Shown here: in pieces, positions 26,492-29,184 of the stretch
Numbering within the stretch: the first letter of the stretch is position 1
Layout of the letters: each line of letters starts with the position of its first letter
DNA from: Promethearchaeota archaeon
GTDB lineage: Archaea; Asgardarchaeota; Hermodarchaeia; Hermodarchaeales; Hermodarchaeaceae
Length of the DNA: 29,184 bases
Assembly: GCA_048939625.1 (NCBI GenBank)
Contig: JBHLPH010000022.1
Location: 1 to 29,184 of the forward strand
Reading direction: 5' to 3'
The notes under the pieces: model-generated
Database searches by the model: none
What the model was told of the DNA's origin: nothing
The model's input: the letters and a program-made list of their open reading frames with translations, nothing else
Program-made: the position numbers and the translations under genes

Positions 26492-27397
26492 GTGATAAAA
26501 GGATTCGCAGTCTTTCTCATGGATCCCAAGATTGGACCCCAACATGTGTACCAGAGTGAAACCATCGAGATTATATCACATCAGGAAGTCCTAGCCATTT
26601 TTGCAACACATAATCTATTCCGCGAAGGCTTTCGTGGTGTTCATGTCAGCAATCGAACCTGGGCAACCTACGTCTTTCCCCCGTGGATTATTGCGCTACT
26701 CCTTGGGCCGGATGAACCGATTGGGCCCCTGCGAGAGCCAATGAAGAAGATCCTCGCTACCAGCAAATTAGATGAGACTCCAAAACCAGAAGACTGGAAG
26801 AATTTGTACCACGAGCTGCTGGTTGAAATTCAAAGCTCACCGGTTGCGGATCTACTTACCTCTAAGAAAACCACGAGCTTTCTTAAAGAAATGATGGGGC
26901 TCGATATTCAGTACTTTGATCCTTATTTCAATTTTGAGATTGGCACCACTTATCCCGCAGCTGATCATCTCACAGGGCTCAATAGTTATGATACACGATT
27001 ATTCTTAGAAAAATTAACCTTGGCTGGAATCTTCACTAGTGAACCCGTGGTAGGCGTTACACATTGCCCCATCTGTCTGGGTTTCAAAGTGGTGAGCCGG
27101 CTAGCCTGCCCCCAATGTAGTGTGACGGCGTTAGATGTGGTTCGGTTTCCTGCATCAAAGGATTCTGATTCAAAAGGGTCTGGTTCCACAGGCAAGCCTA
27201 TGGAACTTTTCTATTCGTGCCTGACTTGCCAGCACACAACCAGCGAACCAGTTGTAACCCTGTTATGTACTGAATGTGGATCACAGTTTCAACCTGATGA
27301 AGCAGCATACCGAAATATGGATCGCTTAGCCCTTAATCGACCTATTGCTGAGTCACTAATCAAGAAGGTTGAAGAATCGGAGTCTGAACAGGATTAA
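26492..27397 (+). CDS. Hypothetical protein: longin/uDENN-like N-terminus + Zn-ribbon (TackOD1-like) C-terminus
   Basis: N-terminal FAVFLMDPKIGP hairpin; C-terminal YP..LEKL..GIF then four CxxC (CPIC, CPQC, CLTC, CTEC); GTG start. Confidence 0.55.
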   Translation: MIKGFAVFLMDPKIGPQHVYQSETIEIISHQEVLAIFATHNLFREGFRGVHVSNRTWATYVFPPWIIALLLGPDEPIGPLREPMKKILATSKLDETPKPEDWKNLYHELLVEIQSSPVADLLTSKKTTSFLKEMMGLDIQYFDPYFNFEIGTTYPAADHLTGLNSYDTRLFLEKLTLAGIFTSEPVVGVTHCPICLGFKVVSRLACPQCSVTALDVVRFPASKDSDSKGSGSTGKPMELFYSCLTCQHTTSEPVVTLLCTECGSQFQPDEAAYRNMDRLALNRPIAESLIKKVEESESEQD

Positions 27398-27405
27398 GCA
27401 AGGAG

Positions 27406-27957
27406 TTATATCTTATCCCAAGGCTTTCCAGATTTTTCATACGAAGAATAGATTTTCTTGGCAAGTGATTCAAAGACATCATTAACATGGAAATCGTCTT
27501 TCGCACTACTTTCAATAAATTCCATCTTCAACTGCTTAGCAGAATTTTTGCCATCCACTTCTGAAATTACGCGCTGATCTTTCAAATCAGATTTACAGCC
27601 AACAAGCACCAATGGAATTCCTTCACATCGTTGATAGACTTGCTGGATCCAATGGTCGACTCGGTCGAAGGACTGCTGATCTGTAACGTCATAAGCAACA
27701 ATTGCTCCAGCAGCACCTTCGAAATACAAGCCCCTAATGAAATCAAAGCGCTCTTGTCCGCCAGTGTCATAGATGACTAGCTTGATATTTGTGTCATCCA
27801 TTAATTTGATTTGTTTGGTAAAGAAGTCGACACCTAATGTAAAGAGGTAACTTTCATCGAATTGACCCGTTGTATAACGGCGTGCAAGAGAGGTTTTACC
27901 GACTCCAGCATCGCCAACAACTATGACTTTGTAGACAACTTCGGCGAGTTCTTCCAT
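27406..27957 (-). CDS. Rab-like small GTPase (Ras superfamily)
   Basis: G1 GDAGVGKT, G2/RabF1 TLGVDF, G3 DTGGQERF, RabF4 YFEGA, RabF5 YDVT, G4 CKSD, G5 SAK; no C-terminal Cys. Confidence 0.92.
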   Translation of the reverse strand: MEELAEVVYKVIVVGDAGVGKTSLARRYTTGQFDESYLFTLGVDFFTKQIKLMDDTNIKLVIYDTGGQERFDFIRGLYFEGAAGAIVAYDVTDQQSFDRVDHWIQQVYQRCEGIPLVLVGCKSDLKDQRVISEVDGKNSAKQLKMEFIESSAKDDFHVNDVFESLAKKIYSSYEKSGKPWDKI

Positions 27958-28174
27958 TCAGTGTTCACCCTCTGGATTCCTAAGTTACCACTCACTGACA
28001 TGCCTTTAAGTGCTTCGTGTTGATTTCCAGGTGTAGGTTGAGGTTTAGGGTATCTACAACAATTTACGTGCAACTTTGATATAGAATGTGATTTCTCGTC
28101 GGAAGCGAAAGTCCTTTTGGGAGTAAGAATGAAGTAAGGGGTCTATATATGACTAGTTTGAGTAGGCGTTAACA

Positions 28175-29184
28175 ATGCCCGAAAAGAATAACCAATTCAA
28201 TTTATCAGTTGACCAACTGCCTCGGCGATGGTATAATCTAGCTGCGGATTTACCGGAGCCATTACCTCCACCTATGGATCCTGAAGAAGGCCCATCGCGA
28301 TTGGAGATGCTCCCGAAATTCCTGTTGAAATCAGTTCTGGAACAAGAAAATGCCACAGCCCGATGGATTGACATTCCGGAAGGAATCCGAGAACTCTTTA
28401 TTCAAGCCGGTCGTCCACGCCCGTTGATGCGCGCTTTACGATTAGAAAAGGCCTTGAAGCTTCCAGAGTCAGTTCGCCTATACTACAAGCGTGAGGATCT
28501 GTCCCCAACAGGATCTCACAAAGTGAATACCGCTTTAGCTCAGACTTATTATGCAGCAAAAGAAGGTTATGAAGAAGTCACCACTGAGACCGGAGCTGGT
28601 CAATGGGGTTCAGCGCTCTCTTATGCTGCTTCGCTTAATGAACTTAAATGTCGGGTCTTTTGGGTGCGTGCGGCTTATCGTTGGAAACCAGGACGACGAA
28701 CCTTAATGAATCTCTTCGGCACAAATGTCTTCGCCTCACCAAGCAAAGAAACCGAGTTTGGTCAGAAACTCCTTAAAGAAAACCCCAAGCACGTAGGTAG
28801 TCTAGGGATAGCAATCAGTGAAGGAATTGAAGACGCGCTACAACGTGATGGTAGCATCTATTGTCTAGGTAGTGTGCTTAGCCACGTTTTACTCCATCAA
28901 ACTGTAATTGGTCTTGAAACCATAGAGCAATTCAAAATAGCTGAAGACAACCCAACTTTACTCATCGGCTGCTTTGGAGGCGGAAGTAATTTCGGTGGTT
29001 TTAGCTTACCATTCATTGGTGAGGTTCTACAGGGCAAACGTGAATGTGGCTTCTTAGCCGCACAGAGTGAAGCATCCCCCAATCTCGTGAAAGGTAAATA
29101 CACCTATGATCATGGAGATCATGCTGGACTAACTCCGTTACTGAAAATGTATTCACTTGGTCATGATGTTGAAATGCCAGAAAT
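28175..29184 (+). CDS. trpB2: TrpB2 (tryptophan synthase beta type 2, PLP enzyme), truncated at window end
   Basis: Not in the ORF track (no stop in window); my translation gives MPEKNNQF..LPRRWYNL..YYKREDLSPTGSHKVNTALAQ..TTETGAGQWG..GSLGIAISEG..GGGSNF. Confidence 0.93.
   Translation, partial: MPEKNNQFNLSVDQLPRRWYNLAADLPEPLPPPMDPEEGPSRLEMLPKFLLKSVLEQENATARWIDIPEGIRELFIQAGRPRPLMRALRLEKALKLPESVRLYYKREDLSPTGSHKVNTALAQTYYAAKEGYEEVTTETGAGQWGSALSYAASLNELKCRVFWVRAAYRWKPGRRTLMNLFGTNVFASPSKETEFGQKLLKENPKHVGSLGIAISEGIEDALQRDGSIYCLGSVLSHVLLHQTVIGLETIEQFKIAEDNPTLLIGCFGGGSNFGGFSLPFIGEVLQGKRECGFLAAQSEASPNLVKGKYTYDHGDHAGLTPLLKMYSLGHDVEMPE

Noticed and set aside
28153-29103. Minus-strand ORFs 28153-28374 and 28897-29103
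   Set aside because: Antisense to the clearly recognisable trpB2 reading frame
1-29184. tRNA, rRNA, CRISPR arrays and mobile elements
   Set aside because: None recognised by eye; intergenic gaps are short and no transposase, integrase or spacer-repeat pattern was seen (no covariance search was run)

Overview
Archaeal genomic window, probably an Asgard archaeon (inferred from a prenylation-less Rab-type GTPase, a longin-like protein, TrpB2 and BRE/TATA promoters). A roughly 23 kb respiratory and sulfur island dominates it. A short divergent promoter region (7020-7290) drives dsrE2-tusA-sqr leftward, followed by a geranylgeranyl-reductase homolog, a long-chain polyprenyl synthase and menA. Rightward it drives a complex I-like operon lacking NuoEFG, in the order A-B-[arsR]-C-D-H-I-J-K-M'-M''-L-M-N. 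The main finding is that this operon encodes FIVE antiporter-like subunits instead of three. NuoL's lateral amphipathic helix is about twice the usual length (four ~27-aa repeat units instead of two), the extension expected if it spans two extra pumps. This points to a candidate '3M' complex I. A two-Cys ArsR repressor gene sits inside the operon, and ATTC-N8-GAAT-type operators lie just downstream of both divergent TATA boxes. A convergent block encodes an HdrE/NarI-like cytochrome b, an HdrD-like CCG Fe-S protein, a DoxX/DoxD-like protein and a Cys-rich HTH regulator. Flanking genes are a fucose/arabinose isomerase-like protein, a DUF202-like protein, an alkaline-phosphatase-superfamily protein, a longin-like/Zn-ribbon protein, a Rab GTPase and a truncated trpB2. 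All family assignments come from motif recognition; no searches were run.
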